Assembly (NCBI GenBank): GCA_918797485.1
Contig: CAKKNE010000001.1
Coordinates: 1,612,001-1,676,000, forward strand
Source: Pelagomonas calceolata
Lineage: Eukaryota
Direction: 5' to 3'
DNA: 64,000 nt
This document shows positions 8,020-17,957 of this stretch, piece after piece. The notes beneath the pieces are model-generated. The model did not search any database. It saw only the letters and a list, made by a program, of their open reading frames with translations, and had not been told where the DNA came from. Within the stretch, counting starts at the first letter, position 1. Each line of letters starts with the position of its first letter. The translations under genes were made by a program, and so were the position numbers.

Positions 8020-10695
8020 TCACCGCGCAGGAGTATCGGGCCCGCCGCGGAGCTCCGCCTTGATCGCGGCGAAGTCCGGCCGCGCGTCCGGCTCGTGGTC
8101 CCAGCACCTCCGCATCAACGCGACGAGGTCCGCGGGCGCTCCCTCGGGCACGGGCGGCCGTTGTTTCTGCAGACCCGCCTGCATCATGATCTGCATCTGG
8201 TTGAGACCACGCCAGGGGATATCTCCGGCGAGCACCTCGAAGACGACCATGCCGTACGCGTACACGTCCGTCTTCTCGGTAAAAGTATTCGATTGGAGGA
8301 GCTCGGGCGCCATGTACGCAGGCGTACCCTTCGCGTCGCCCATCGTCGACTGCGTCGCCGCCGTGTTCAGCGACTCGCTCTTCGAGAGCCCGAAGTCCGA
8401 CACCTTGCACCGCCGCGCGCCGTCGAGCAGCACGTTGAGCGACTTGAGGTCGCGGTGCTCCACGCCCTTCGAATACAAGTAGCTCATGCCCAGCGCCACG
8501 TCCAGGAGCCAGCTCCGCCGCTGCGCTTCGTCGACGGCAGTCGCGTAGTCATCAGCGGCGAGCGCCTCCCGCAGCGTTCCGCCCTCGCAGTACTCGAGGA
8601 CGAGGCCCAGGTACGACGAGTCCACTGTGATGGCGCCGATGACCGACACGATGCGCGGACTGCGAAGCTGGGTCATGATGGTAAGCTCCGTGGCAAACGC
8701 CTTCAGGTGCTTGGCGCGGTCCACCGCAAGCATGCCCACAAGGCTTGTTTTCTTCAGCACGACCGTGTCTCCCTGGTACTTGCCGCGGTGAACTTCGCCC
8801 TGCGAGCCCTTCGCGAATGGCTGCTCTTCGACCGAGTCCAGCTCGATCTCGAACTCTACCAGCGTACGCTCCTTCTCCTGCCGCGCCAGCGCCCGACCCC
8901 GCAGCTTCGAGTTCTTCGCCGCCACCATCTCTTTCACTTCGTCGAGCGACTCCTGCTGCTTCGTGTTCTGGTCGATGACCGTGCTCACGTCCGCGGCGAT
9001 CTGGTCCAGCTTCAGGCCGAGCGCCGAGAGCTCCTCGCTCTCGACGGCGCTGCCCTTCTCGATGCCGCACAGGATCGCCGCCCGCTGCGCCGCCGCCTGG
9101 TTGTTCGCGTCGACGGTCTGCTGGCCGAGGAGTTGGATCAAGCCCTCGATCTTCTCGAAGCGCTGCGCCTGGAGGGCGAGCTGCTGGAGGTCCAACGCCG
9201 AGCCGAGCTCCGTGCTGAGCTCGCAGAGCCGCTTGTCGAGGAGCCCGAACCGCCGCGCGTCGAGCGTGCCGGAGCAGAGCTTCGCGAACGCTCCCTTCTT
9301 CGAGAACTGCTGCAGGAACTTCGCAGCCTCGTCGAGCGCCTGGCCGATGGCCGTCACCGTCCGAGCGACGGCCTCGACGCGCCCGCTCGGCAGGCCCTGC
9401 GTCGCTTTGACGACGTCCTGGAGCTTTTGGGCGATTTCAAGTCCGCGGCGCTGCAGCATGACCGCGGCCTCCTTGTTGAAGCGCACCTGGCGCACCGCGA
9501 GACCGAGTTCGGCTAAGGCGTGCGCAAACGGCATCAGACACATATTGAGCGGCGGCGGCGCGGTCGCGGGGAGCGCCGTCAGAACCCCGGAGAGCGGCCC
9601 GAGGACGTCGGTCTGCGACGCCGTGAGCGCGGCGCCGACGGTGGCGCCGGCGGCGACCGCGGCCTTCGTGGACGTCGCGGGCGCGACCTTCGTGCCTCCC
9701 GCCGTCTGCGACGCTGTGCGCGCTTTGTCCGATGTGCGCCACACCTTTACGGTGCCGTCCCACGAGCCGCTCACGACGCGCACTTCGCCGGCCTGTGTCG
9801 TGTAGCACGCGACCGCGGTCACCCGCTCAGTGTGCCCTTGCAGCGTGGCGAGGAGCCGCTGCGTCTCCGGGTCCCAGATCCTTACGGTGTTGTCGACCGA
9901 ACCGCTCACGACACGCGCGGCGCTGGCCTGTGTCGTGTAGCACGCGACCGCGTTCACGTATTCAGTGTGCCCTTTCAGCGTGGCGAGGAGCTTTTGTGTT
10001 TCGGGGTCCCAGATCTTTACGGTCTTGTCCCACGAGCCGCTCACGACGCGCACGGCGCCGGCTTGTGTCGTGTAGCTCGCGACCGCGTTCACGTTGCTGG
10101 TGTGCCCTTCCAGCGTGGCGAGGAGCCGCTGCGTGTCAGGGTCCCAGACCCTTATGATGCCGTCGCGCGAGCCGCTCACGACGCGCGCGGCGCCGGCCTG
10201 TGTCGTGTAGCTCGCGACCGCGTTCACGTCGTAAGTGTGCCCTTTCAGCGTGGCGAGGAGCCGCTGCGCGTCCGGGTCCCAGATCTTTATGGTGTGATCC
10301 CGTGATCCGCTCACGACGCGCACGGCGCCGGCCTGTGTCGTGTAGCACGCGACCGCTTCCACGCTAAATTTGTGCCCTTTCAGCGTGGCGAGGAGCCGCT
10401 GCGCGTCCGGGTCCCAGATCTTTATGGTCTTGTCGTCCGAACCGCTCACGACGCGCACGGCGCCGGCCTGTGTCGTGTAGCTCGCGACCGCGTTCACGCC
10501 CGCGAGCAAATCGGTGTGCCCTTTCAGCGTGGCGAGGAGCTTTTGTGTTTCGGGGTCCCAGATCTTCAAGGTGTAGTCGTGCGAGCCGCTCACGACGCGC
10601 GGGGCGCCGGCCTGTGTCGTGTAGCACGCGACCGTTTCAGCAAAAAACTCGGTGTGCAGCGTGGCAATGAGTTTTTTGCTAGCACTACAGCCCAT
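8020..10695 (-). CDS. WD40 x7 + MLKL-like four-helix bundle + TKL-type protein kinase, predicted N-myristoylated
   Basis: Start MGCSASK (ATG 10695); seven 45-aa WD repeats; helical block LAELGLAVRQVRFNKEAA...LGSALDL; kinase motifs KGSQGEV, VVLKK, HRDLKSLN, DFG, GTPAYMAPE, DVYAYG. Confidence 0.85.
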   Translation of the reverse strand: MGCSASKKLIATLHTEFFAETVACYTTQAGAPRVVSGSHDYTLKIWDPETQKLLATLKGHTDLLAGVNAVASYTTQAGAVRVVSGSDDKTIKIWDPDAQRLLATLKGHKFSVEAVACYTTQAGAVRVVSGSRDHTIKIWDPDAQRLLATLKGHTYDVNAVASYTTQAGAARVVSGSRDGIIRVWDPDTQRLLATLEGHTSNVNAVASYTTQAGAVRVVSGSWDKTVKIWDPETQKLLATLKGHTEYVNAVACYTTQASAARVVSGSVDNTVRIWDPETQRLLATLQGHTERVTAVACYTTQAGEVRVVSGSWDGTVKVWRTSDKARTASQTAGGTKVAPATSTKAAVAAGATVGAALTASQTDVLGPLSGVLTALPATAPPPLNMCLMPFAHALAELGLAVRQVRFNKEAAVMLQRRGLEIAQKLQDVVKATQGLPSGRVEAVARTVTAIGQALDEAAKFLQQFSKKGAFAKLCSGTLDARRFGLLDKRLCELSTELGSALDLQQLALQAQRFEKIEGLIQLLGQQTVDANNQAAAQRAAILCGIEKGSAVESEELSALGLKLDQIAADVSTVIDQNTKQQESLDEVKEMVAAKNSKLRGRALARQEKERTLVEFEIELDSVEEQPFAKGSQGEVHRGKYQGDTVVLKKTSLVGMLAVDRAKHLKAFATELTIMTQLRSPRIVSVIGAITVDSSYLGLVLEYCEGGTLREALAADDYATAVDEAQRRSWLLDVALGMSYLYSKGVEHRDLKSLNVLLDGARRCKVSDFGLSKSESLNTAATQSTMGDAKGTPAYMAPELLQSNTFTEKTDVYAYGMVVFEVLAGDIPWRGLNQMQIMMQAGLQKQRPPVPEGAPADLVALMRRCWDHEPDARPDFAAIKAELRGGPDTPAR
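9735..10670 (-). repeat. 135-bp tandem WD40-coding repeat, 7 units
   Basis: ctcacgac recurs at 9770, 9905, 10040, 10175, 10310, 10445 and 10589; units nearly identical at DNA level; one unit has a 9-bp insertion. Confidence 0.95.
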
Positions 10696-11018
10696 GACCT
10701 GCCGACTGTCTAGTCCCAGCGTGCGTGCCCGCATGAACCCTGCCCGGGTTGGGCAGCCCAAAGGCCATTCATGTTCATCCAGTGGGTTGGCATCTAGGCC
10801 TAGTCCATAGCATAAAGCACAGCAGCTCGTTACGTGCGCAGGTTTTTTCGCTGAACCCGCACCTCAGCAGTAGCCTGAGTAGAGCTAGGCCGGCCTAGGC
10901 TCGATCGGGGAGTCGGGGTACGTAGTCCGAACCTCCGAACACCGTACAGAATTTGTTTCGGGGAGAAGCGCCCCATTCTACGATCTGTATATACTTCATA
11001 TAACCGGGGGGAAAGGAC

Positions 11019-13409
11019 CTAGGACCGACCCAGGTTCGACGCCTCGCCGAGCGGCTGCGGCGGCAGGCACGCGTCCGCGGCCGCGACGTGTCGGGCATAC
11101 CTAGCCCGGAACGTGGCGAAGTCGTCGCGCAGCGCGGCCCACTTGGCCGGCGCCCGGTCCTTCCACTCCTCGCGCAGCGCGGCCGCGAGCGTCGACGCGA
11201 CGGTCTCGGCGTCCGTGGCCGCGTCCTTCCAGGCGGCGGCGCGCGCCTCGGCCGCCTCGAGGCGCTCCTGGAGGGAGCCCGCGGCGCGCTTGGCGCGCGC
11301 CGCGTGGCGCGCGCCCGACGTCGTCGCGCTCAGGTCCGGCGACGGCACGAAGCGCGGGGGCACGACCGGCGGCGGCGACGACGCGTCCTCCGCCGCGGGC
11401 GGCGGCGGCAGCTCGGCGCTCTCGGCGACCGGCGCCGGCGGGACCGCGAAGCCCGGGCGCGGGCGCAGCGGCTGGGGCACGGCTCCGGTCCGGGCGAGTT
11501 CGCGGACCGGCGCGAAGGCGCGGACTGCGTCGCCCGCCTCCTCGTCGGCGGCCATCCTCGTCCGGCGGAAGGCGTCGAGGCGCTCGAAGTCCTCCGACGG
11601 CGGCGCCTCGCGGATGACCGGCGACGGGGCGGCGGCGGCCTCGGCCGCGGCCGCGCGGAGCGCCGCGCCCGCGTGCTCCTGCTCCTTCGCGCGGAGGTCG
11701 CTCGCCGCCGCGCGCAGCGCCGCCGTCGCGGCGGCAGCGGCGGCCGGCGGCGCGGCCTCCGGCGCGGGCGCCGGCTCGACGACGGCCGGCAGGGCGCCGG
11801 TCCGGGCGAGCTGGCTCGCCGGGCGGAAGGCGTCGGGCGGCGGACCACTCGGCGCCGTCGGCAGCGCCCCGGTCCGCGCCAACTGACTTTGGGGCCGGAA
11901 GGCGTCGGGCGGCGGCCCCGCGGGCGGCGCCGCTTTTGCGGCGGCGCGCCGCGCCTGCATGGCCTCGCGGAGCTCGTGCGACTGCGCGCGCCAGGCCGCC
12001 GGCTTCGCCGGCGCCGGCGCGGCCGCCGCCGCCGAGGCGCGGCGCTTCTTGACGCGCGCCGCGACGCCCGGCGCGCCGATGGAGCCGCGCCGCTTCCGGA
12101 TCGGCTTCTCGCGCGGCGGCGCGGGCGCCTCCGGTACGCAGGGCGCCGGCGCCGGCGCGGTCGCCTGGAGCCCCGCGTGGCACTTCTCGGACACCTCGGC
12201 GGCGTGCTTGCGCGCCGCCGCGACGGCCGACAGCGACTCGCGCCGCAAGTCGGACGACGCGCGCCGGAAGGGCGGCGCGCCCATCGCCGCGACGGACGCG
12301 CGCCGCCTTTTGGGAGCGTGGCCCACGGCCGACGGCCGCCGCGCCGGCCGTCTGGGTTCCAGGTCGCGCGCGCCGAGCGACGCCCGTCGCTTGGCTTCCG
12401 ACTTCTTGGGCATGGTCTTGGCCCTTTGGGCATACTTCAGGGTGTTCATCGTGTCGTCCACCGACAGCATGGACGGCGACACGCAGGCCACAACCACCAA
12501 GCGCACCGTCGCACTCTCGAGCGCCGATTTCAGAATCAACGTCAGCTTCGAGTCGCGGAACTTCGGCCGCGGGGCCAGCGGGCAGGATAATGCATTAATG
12601 CAGTTCGCCAGGGCCAATAACGAGCGGTTGATGTGCGCGCCCTCGGCCAAGCGTAAACCTCTATTGCCCGTCGCCGACGCGCGCTCCGAACCGGCTAAAT
12701 CGACGAGCGTCAGCGTCCGCTCCCCGAGCTTGACCTGGAGCACGGCGTGGCTCCTTGACGACGAATCGTTGGCGCCCGTCGCCTCCGTCGTCCGCTTGGC
12801 GTTGCCCTGACTCAAGAGGGAGAGGACTTCTTCCGCTTTGCTACAGGGCGCCTCGGTCAATTCCAGCGCCTTGACGACGCCGAGCCGCTCGTCCTCGCAG
12901 ACCTTGAGCGGCTTCGAGCGATCGGGACCGAGCAAATCGAAGACGCGCTCGTTGTACACTTCAAGATACGACACTTTCGCGACTGTGGAACTGGGTAGTT
13001 GCTCAAATAAGTCGCCCACCGCCCGCGGGATGACGCCCGCCCGTCCACTATCGCCCATCATCGTGTGGGTCTTGCCCGCGCCCGTCGCGCCGTAGGCCAC
13101 GACCGTCAGAGCCGGGATCTGGCCCTTGGCGAGCGTCGCGACGTGGGCTTTGGTCGTCTGTTCGTAGACGCTCTGCTGGCTCGTGGCCGGGCCGTAGGTC
13201 GCATCAAATTTGTATGTTGTCTCCGTGGCCTGCTGCGACTGGAGGTACTGGCCGCCCCGGCGCTCGTCGCGCCGCGCGATCAAAGAGCGGCCGTCGTCGA
13301 GAGCCTCGGCGCACGGCGTCGTCGGCGTTTCCTTGCGGCCGAAGGGGCGCACTCGTACGACGACGACGGTGTTCGTGCTGCCGTTCACGGCGGGGAGGGA
13401 GGTCTCCAT
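11019..13409 (-). CDS. Kinesin motor protein, kinesin-8-like
   Basis: VVVRVRP, P-loop AYGATGAGKTHTM, SSRSHA, LVDLAGSER, EGAHINRSLLALANCINAL, FRDSKLT, NTLKYAQRAK. Start placed at METSLP. Confidence 0.9.
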   Translation of the reverse strand: METSLPAVNGSTNTVVVVRVRPFGRKETPTTPCAEALDDGRSLIARRDERRGGQYLQSQQATETTYKFDATYGPATSQQSVYEQTTKAHVATLAKGQIPALTVVAYGATGAGKTHTMMGDSGRAGVIPRAVGDLFEQLPSSTVAKVSYLEVYNERVFDLLGPDRSKPLKVCEDERLGVVKALELTEAPCSKAEEVLSLLSQGNAKRTTEATGANDSSSRSHAVLQVKLGERTLTLVDLAGSERASATGNRGLRLAEGAHINRSLLALANCINALSCPLAPRPKFRDSKLTLILKSALESATVRLVVVACVSPSMLSVDDTMNTLKYAQRAKTMPKKSEAKRRASLGARDLEPRRPARRPSAVGHAPKRRRASVAAMGAPPFRRASSDLRRESLSAVAAARKHAAEVSEKCHAGLQATAPAPAPCVPEAPAPPREKPIRKRRGSIGAPGVAARVKKRRASAAAAAPAPAKPAAWRAQSHELREAMQARRAAAKAAPPAGPPPDAFRPQSQLARTGALPTAPSGPPPDAFRPASQLARTGALPAVVEPAPAPEAAPPAAAAAATAALRAAASDLRAKEQEHAGAALRAAAAEAAAAPSPVIREAPPSEDFERLDAFRRTRMAADEEAGDAVRAFAPVRELARTGAVPQPLRPRPGFAVPPAPVAESAELPPPPAAEDASSPPPVVPPRFVPSPDLSATTSGARHAARAKRAAGSLQERLEAAEARAAAWKDAATDAETVASTLAAALREEWKDRAPAKWAALRDDFATFRARYARHVAAADACLPPQPLGEASNLGRS

Positions 13410-13788
13410 TAGCAGCGGTTTTGCAGCGCAGGAAGCGGCCGCGGAGCTGAATAAACCGACGCGCGGCGGACCCCTGGGCGCGCTGCACTGCTGGCTGACC
13501 CCTAGGCGCGCAGTTCGACGCTGCGCGCTGCGCGGCGGGTGGGGCAAATGCCAACAGGCAAAAACGCTAATTATTAATTGTTGCTAAAAATTTCGAGGCC
13601 CTAGACGGGTCACGGACCAGTGGGCATGCCTGGCAACATTGCCTGGACGCGTATCGCGCGGCCGCTGATATCCCCAGCTGGAGCAAAGGCAAAAGAAGAA
13701 ACTCGCGGCGCTAATTGCTGCCCACGAGCCCACACGCGCTGCCTGACAGCCTACGCACAAGCGCACTCGCGACAAATAACTAGCTACC

Positions 13789-14650
13789 ATGGGTGCCGGT
13801 GCCAGCGTCGAGGGCGACGCGCCCAAGCCCAAGTTTATCTACCTGCCCGTGGTGGGCCGGGGCGAGCAGATCCGCCTCCTCGCTGCCGAGCACGGCATTG
13901 ACTATGAGACAGTGCTGCCCGCTGGCTTCGGCGGTGAGTACAACTGGGCCGAGCAGGCGCCGCACGGCACGCTGCCCGTGCTGGAGACGACAGAAGGCTT
14001 TTCGCTCGGCGACTCGGCGGCAATCGTCGACTACATCCTCGAGAAGACGCCCGACGGCCCCCTGACGCCCAAGGATACAAAGTCGAAGTTCCTCGCGAAA
14101 GACGCCTGGAACTTCTGCAACGACTACTACTCATTCTTCCTGTCCCCTATGCACGACGTCATCATGAACCACGCCGAGCCGCACTGGCGACAAGGTCGAA
14201 ACACGGACCCCCGGGCGAACCCCGAGCACGAGAAGCACGCCGACTTCGTGTCGGAGCTGTCGACGCTGCACAAGCAGCGCATGGGCCGCCTCCAGAAGAA
14301 GCTGGCCGCCGCCGGCACGGCGTTCTGCGCCGGCGACGAGTGCACGTACGCGGACCTCTTCATCTACACGTGCGTCACGACGGTGCGGTTCAGCGTCTCA
14401 ATGCGTGCGGTCGCGGCGATGGCGTTCCGCGACTCCGTCAGACTCCGCGACTCCGTCAGACCCGCGCCGTCGACGCGACGTTCTCTACGCACAGGTGCTC
14501 AATTGCAAGGGCTTCACGGCCTTCCGCGAGTCGTGCGGCGAGGAGGGTCCCTTCGCCGGCTGCCCGATGGTCCTCGAGCTCGCGGCCAAGGTCGGCGAGC
14601 GCGAGAAGGTCGCGGCGGCGGCGGGGATCTTTGATCAGGCGCCCGTGTAG
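13789..14650 (+). CDS. Glutathione S-transferase (2 exons: 13789-14382, 14495-14650)
   Basis: YLPVVGRGEQIRLL, PHGTLPVL, DSAAIVDYI, GDECTYADL. Intron 14383-14494 (GTGCGG..CACAG) restores the frame and contains an 18-bp internal duplication. Confidence 0.85.
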
Positions 14651-14729
14651 GCGACGAAGAGTGGCGAATACATATCCCGTCGACGGCGGGATATGTTTTC
14701 CTTAACCTAGATTCACTTAAAACATGGTC

Positions 14730-17360
14730 CTACCGCGACGGCTGGCGCAGGGCGCACAATTCCCGCGCGAGGTCGTCGAGGGTGCCGTCGGGCGGCTGCT
14801 TCGTGGCGCTCTTCGGCCGGTATTTCGCGGCGCTGTGCGGCCGGCGCGTGCCGCTCTTCGGCCGCTGCGTGCCGCTCCGCGGCCGGTCCTTGACGCCGCT
14901 GCGGGGCCGGGGCGGCCGCGCCTTCCGCGCCGAGAACTTCTCCAAGAGCTTGGCGTGGCGCCCCGCGAGCTCCGCGACGAAGGGTTTATCGTCGCCGTCG
15001 TGCGCCCGAAACAACTCCAGGGCCCAGCCGTAGAACTTGACGGCGTTGTCGGCGCGGCCCCGGTCCTCGGCCGTGATGCCGCGCGTCCTGTACAGCAAAG
15101 CCATTTCCTCCGTGATGGCGCGCGGGTGGGCGAGCATCTTTTTTGTCACTTCGAAGCGCGTGTCGAATTCGCTTCGCGGCGTTAAATCTTCTGCAGGCGT
15201 CGGGACTTTCCCGAGCAACTTCGTCGCCGCGTCCAAGGCAGCATCGAGCTCGGCGGCAGCCGCGTCGTGCTTGTTGAGGGACGACAAGATGTCCGCCGAC
15301 TCTTGCCTGGCTCGTACGACGTCCCGCGGGTCGAGCGCGGCACGGACAGCTTCGGCCGCGGCCTCCGCCGCGCGCTCGCCGTGGCCCTGCTTCTTCAGCG
15401 CTTCGGCTTCCGCCAGTAAGAGGTCCACCATGTCGGCGCCGCCCTGGCCGGCCCGCAGCGCGTCCGTGGCCTTCCGCCGCTCGGCACTCGCGTCGCCCGT
15501 CCGCCCTAATCCCTCTAGAGCAGCGGCGTACGTCGCGCGCGCCGCCGCCGCGGCTCTTGTATCCGCGATGCACGCGCAGGCCTTGGCCGCCGGCTCCTCG
15601 GCCTCGAGGTACTTACCTCGCCCGAGGTACTTACCTTGCCGCACGAGGACCTTCGCTTTGACGGAGAAGGCCGTGGCCGTCTCCTTGGCGCGCTCGCCGC
15701 AGACCTTGTGGAGCACCTCCGCCGCGGCGTTCGCTTCGTGGTACGCGTCATTCACGAGCTTCGACCAGGTCTGGTCCCCGAGGCGCTCCAGGGCCTGGGC
15801 GCGTCTCAATAAAACGTCGGCTCTAGCAGCCCGCACGGACGCCAAGTTGGGCGACTCGTCGCCCTTGCCGTCGAAGGCTAATAGTAACTTCTCGGCCTTT
15901 GCCAGCTCCGCGAAGGCGTCGTCGTACTCGCCGCGCGCCGCGAGCAGGTGTGCCTTCGCCACATGTACGGGCCCGACGGCCTCCTCGGAGCAGATCCTGT
16001 TCTTCGCCATCATCCCGAGGAGGTTCAGCGTCTTCGTGTACACCTTCTCGCCCCCCGCGAGGTCCCCGAGGCCGACGAGGCTCCGGCCCTGCCCCAGCTT
16101 CGCGTCGATGAGGAGCATCGGCTTGTTGTTGAGTTTCCTCCCGGCGATGCGAAAGGCGTCGGCCGCGTCCTTGCACGCGCCCTGGGCTAAAAGGGCGTTG
16201 CCCCTCCGTAAGTGCGCGACGCCGACGTGCGTCAGCCTCCGCTCCTTGTGCTCCAGTTCCGCCAGCCGTTCGCAGAGCACCGCCTCCTTGTCGTGGAGGC
16301 CTAGTTGTCCGACTAACTCGGCAACGGAGGACGTGAGCGAAGCCGACGCTTGGTCGTCGGCGACCAACTCGTCGACGGCACTTAACAAAGACGAGCCGCT
16401 CCCTCTTTGAAACAACCGCTCCAGCGCTTGGGCCTGGGCCTCGATCTGCTCCCAGTCGCCCCGGAAGAACGACCGGAAGTGCTCGTAGAAGCGGTGCGAG
16501 TCCCGCTCCACCGCGAACTTCTTCAGAGGCCTCAGATGGATCTGGGCCTCGACGACGTGGGGACAGGCCTTCTTGTCCAAAGCCGAGCCAAGGGCGCTCC
16601 CCGCGACCTTCTGCGGATCCAGTCGCATCTTCACGTTGACGTCGCGGAAGCCCGCCGGCGTCGGGTATTTGAACCTATTGCTCGACTTGACGATGTCGAC
16701 GCCGTCATGATTCGATAAAGCATCGAACGCCACGCGCGCGGCTTGCGGTGTCTCCACAATGAGACACCCGCGCACAATGTCGCAGACCCACGAGATCGGG
16801 TGCGGTCGATCCCCGTAATCAAACCTAGCCTTCTCCTGGGCCCGCGCGACGCCCTTCAGCGGCGCCAACTTAAGCTCGGGCTCGCCCTCATCATGCTTCG
16901 ACGCCTCCCTTTGAATTTTGAACATGAGGTGCTCGAAGGCCGGTTTACACAACGCCGCGGCCTCGTACAACGCCTTGATGGTCTGGCAGGGGTGCCCGTC
17001 GACGCTTTGTTGAAAAGCTGTTTCGTCGTACTCCCTGTCCCCGGCCTTATTGACGGGCTCCAGCGTCTCGAGCGCGTCTCTTGAGGGCTGGCGCTCCCAT
17101 AGCGCTGCGGCGTCCTTGCGGAAGTCGTAGAACTCCTTGAGCGATTGGTAGAACGTCTCGGCGGCCTCGACGCGCGCGGCCGTCACGGCGCAGGCGCTTC
17201 GCAGCGTCGCGCGCGGCACGCGGTCTTCGGCGTCCGCGTGGAGCCTCCACTCGTTGTGGTTCTCGAGCGTCGTGCCGAGCAGCGTTTCCGCCTGGCTCCT
17301 CGGCACGAGCTCGGGCAGGTCCGTCTCCGCGGCCTCTTGCAGCGAGGCGGCCGCGCCCAT
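14730..17360 (-). CDS. RelA/SpoT-like nucleotidyltransferase domain plus TPR repeats, predicted N-myristoylated
   Basis: MGAAAS start; PLKGVARAQEK, CDIVRG, SNRFKYPTPAGFRDVN, VVEAQIHL; C-terminal half consists of TPR-like helices. Confidence 0.7.
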   Translation of the reverse strand: MGAAASLQEAAETDLPELVPRSQAETLLGTTLENHNEWRLHADAEDRVPRATLRSACAVTAARVEAAETFYQSLKEFYDFRKDAAALWERQPSRDALETLEPVNKAGDREYDETAFQQSVDGHPCQTIKALYEAAALCKPAFEHLMFKIQREASKHDEGEPELKLAPLKGVARAQEKARFDYGDRPHPISWVCDIVRGCLIVETPQAARVAFDALSNHDGVDIVKSSNRFKYPTPAGFRDVNVKMRLDPQKVAGSALGSALDKKACPHVVEAQIHLRPLKKFAVERDSHRFYEHFRSFFRGDWEQIEAQAQALERLFQRGSGSSLLSAVDELVADDQASASLTSSVAELVGQLGLHDKEAVLCERLAELEHKERRLTHVGVAHLRRGNALLAQGACKDAADAFRIAGRKLNNKPMLLIDAKLGQGRSLVGLGDLAGGEKVYTKTLNLLGMMAKNRICSEEAVGPVHVAKAHLLAARGEYDDAFAELAKAEKLLLAFDGKGDESPNLASVRAARADVLLRRAQALERLGDQTWSKLVNDAYHEANAAAEVLHKVCGERAKETATAFSVKAKVLVRQGKYLGRGKYLEAEEPAAKACACIADTRAAAAARATYAAALEGLGRTGDASAERRKATDALRAGQGGADMVDLLLAEAEALKKQGHGERAAEAAAEAVRAALDPRDVVRARQESADILSSLNKHDAAAAELDAALDAATKLLGKVPTPAEDLTPRSEFDTRFEVTKKMLAHPRAITEEMALLYRTRGITAEDRGRADNAVKFYGWALELFRAHDGDDKPFVAELAGRHAKLLEKFSARKARPPRPRSGVKDRPRSGTQRPKSGTRRPHSAAKYRPKSATKQPPDGTLDDLARELCALRQPSR

Positions 17361-17957
17361 TGCTATGATCGTCGGCTTGCGACGCTACCGAGGAGTACGA
17401 ACGGCCGGACGCTATCCTTGCTTGGTAGAGACAGTCAAGTTTGCAAGGCTATCCTTGCCTGGTGGGGCTGCCTGGTTTGCAAGTAATCGGCTGCCCCAAC
17501 AACTCCGCGCGCTCGCGGGCAGCGGTGATCACTGCGGCTTGTGCGAGCAATTGCGCGGCTCCGTCCGACGCGGGCGGAGATAGGAGCTAGCGCCTCGTCG
17601 CGGAGCGCCGAAGCTTGCTATGCATCAACGGAAAGAAATGCGACGCGCCGCGAGCCCACCCGTCCCGGGCGCTCCGCACGCCCCCCACGTCACCGCGGCG
17701 ACGCGTCGCGCGACGCCGAGAAACCCGCGACGACCCGTTTGTCCAAAAGCCGGCAGCGCCGCCGTACGCCGTGACAAGCGGCAACGGGCGCACGCGGTCG
17801 ACGCCTCGTCGTCTGCGAAGCCGCCGAGCGGCCGGGGGCAGCCGCCGCGCCCGCCGTCGACGCCTCATCGAGCAGCCGACGGCAAACAGCCCGCCACCGC
17901 CCAAGCGCGCAGCGCAGCGCACGCTCCCGACGCGTCGTCAAAGGGGTGACCACCACC

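Noticed and set aside
5499..12810. Numerous long Arg/Ala/Gly-rich overlapping ORFs
   Set aside because: Alternative-frame artefacts of very high GC content over real genes.
15605..15640. 18-bp duplication encoding GKYLGRGKYL
   Set aside because: Simple in-frame slippage with no further structure.
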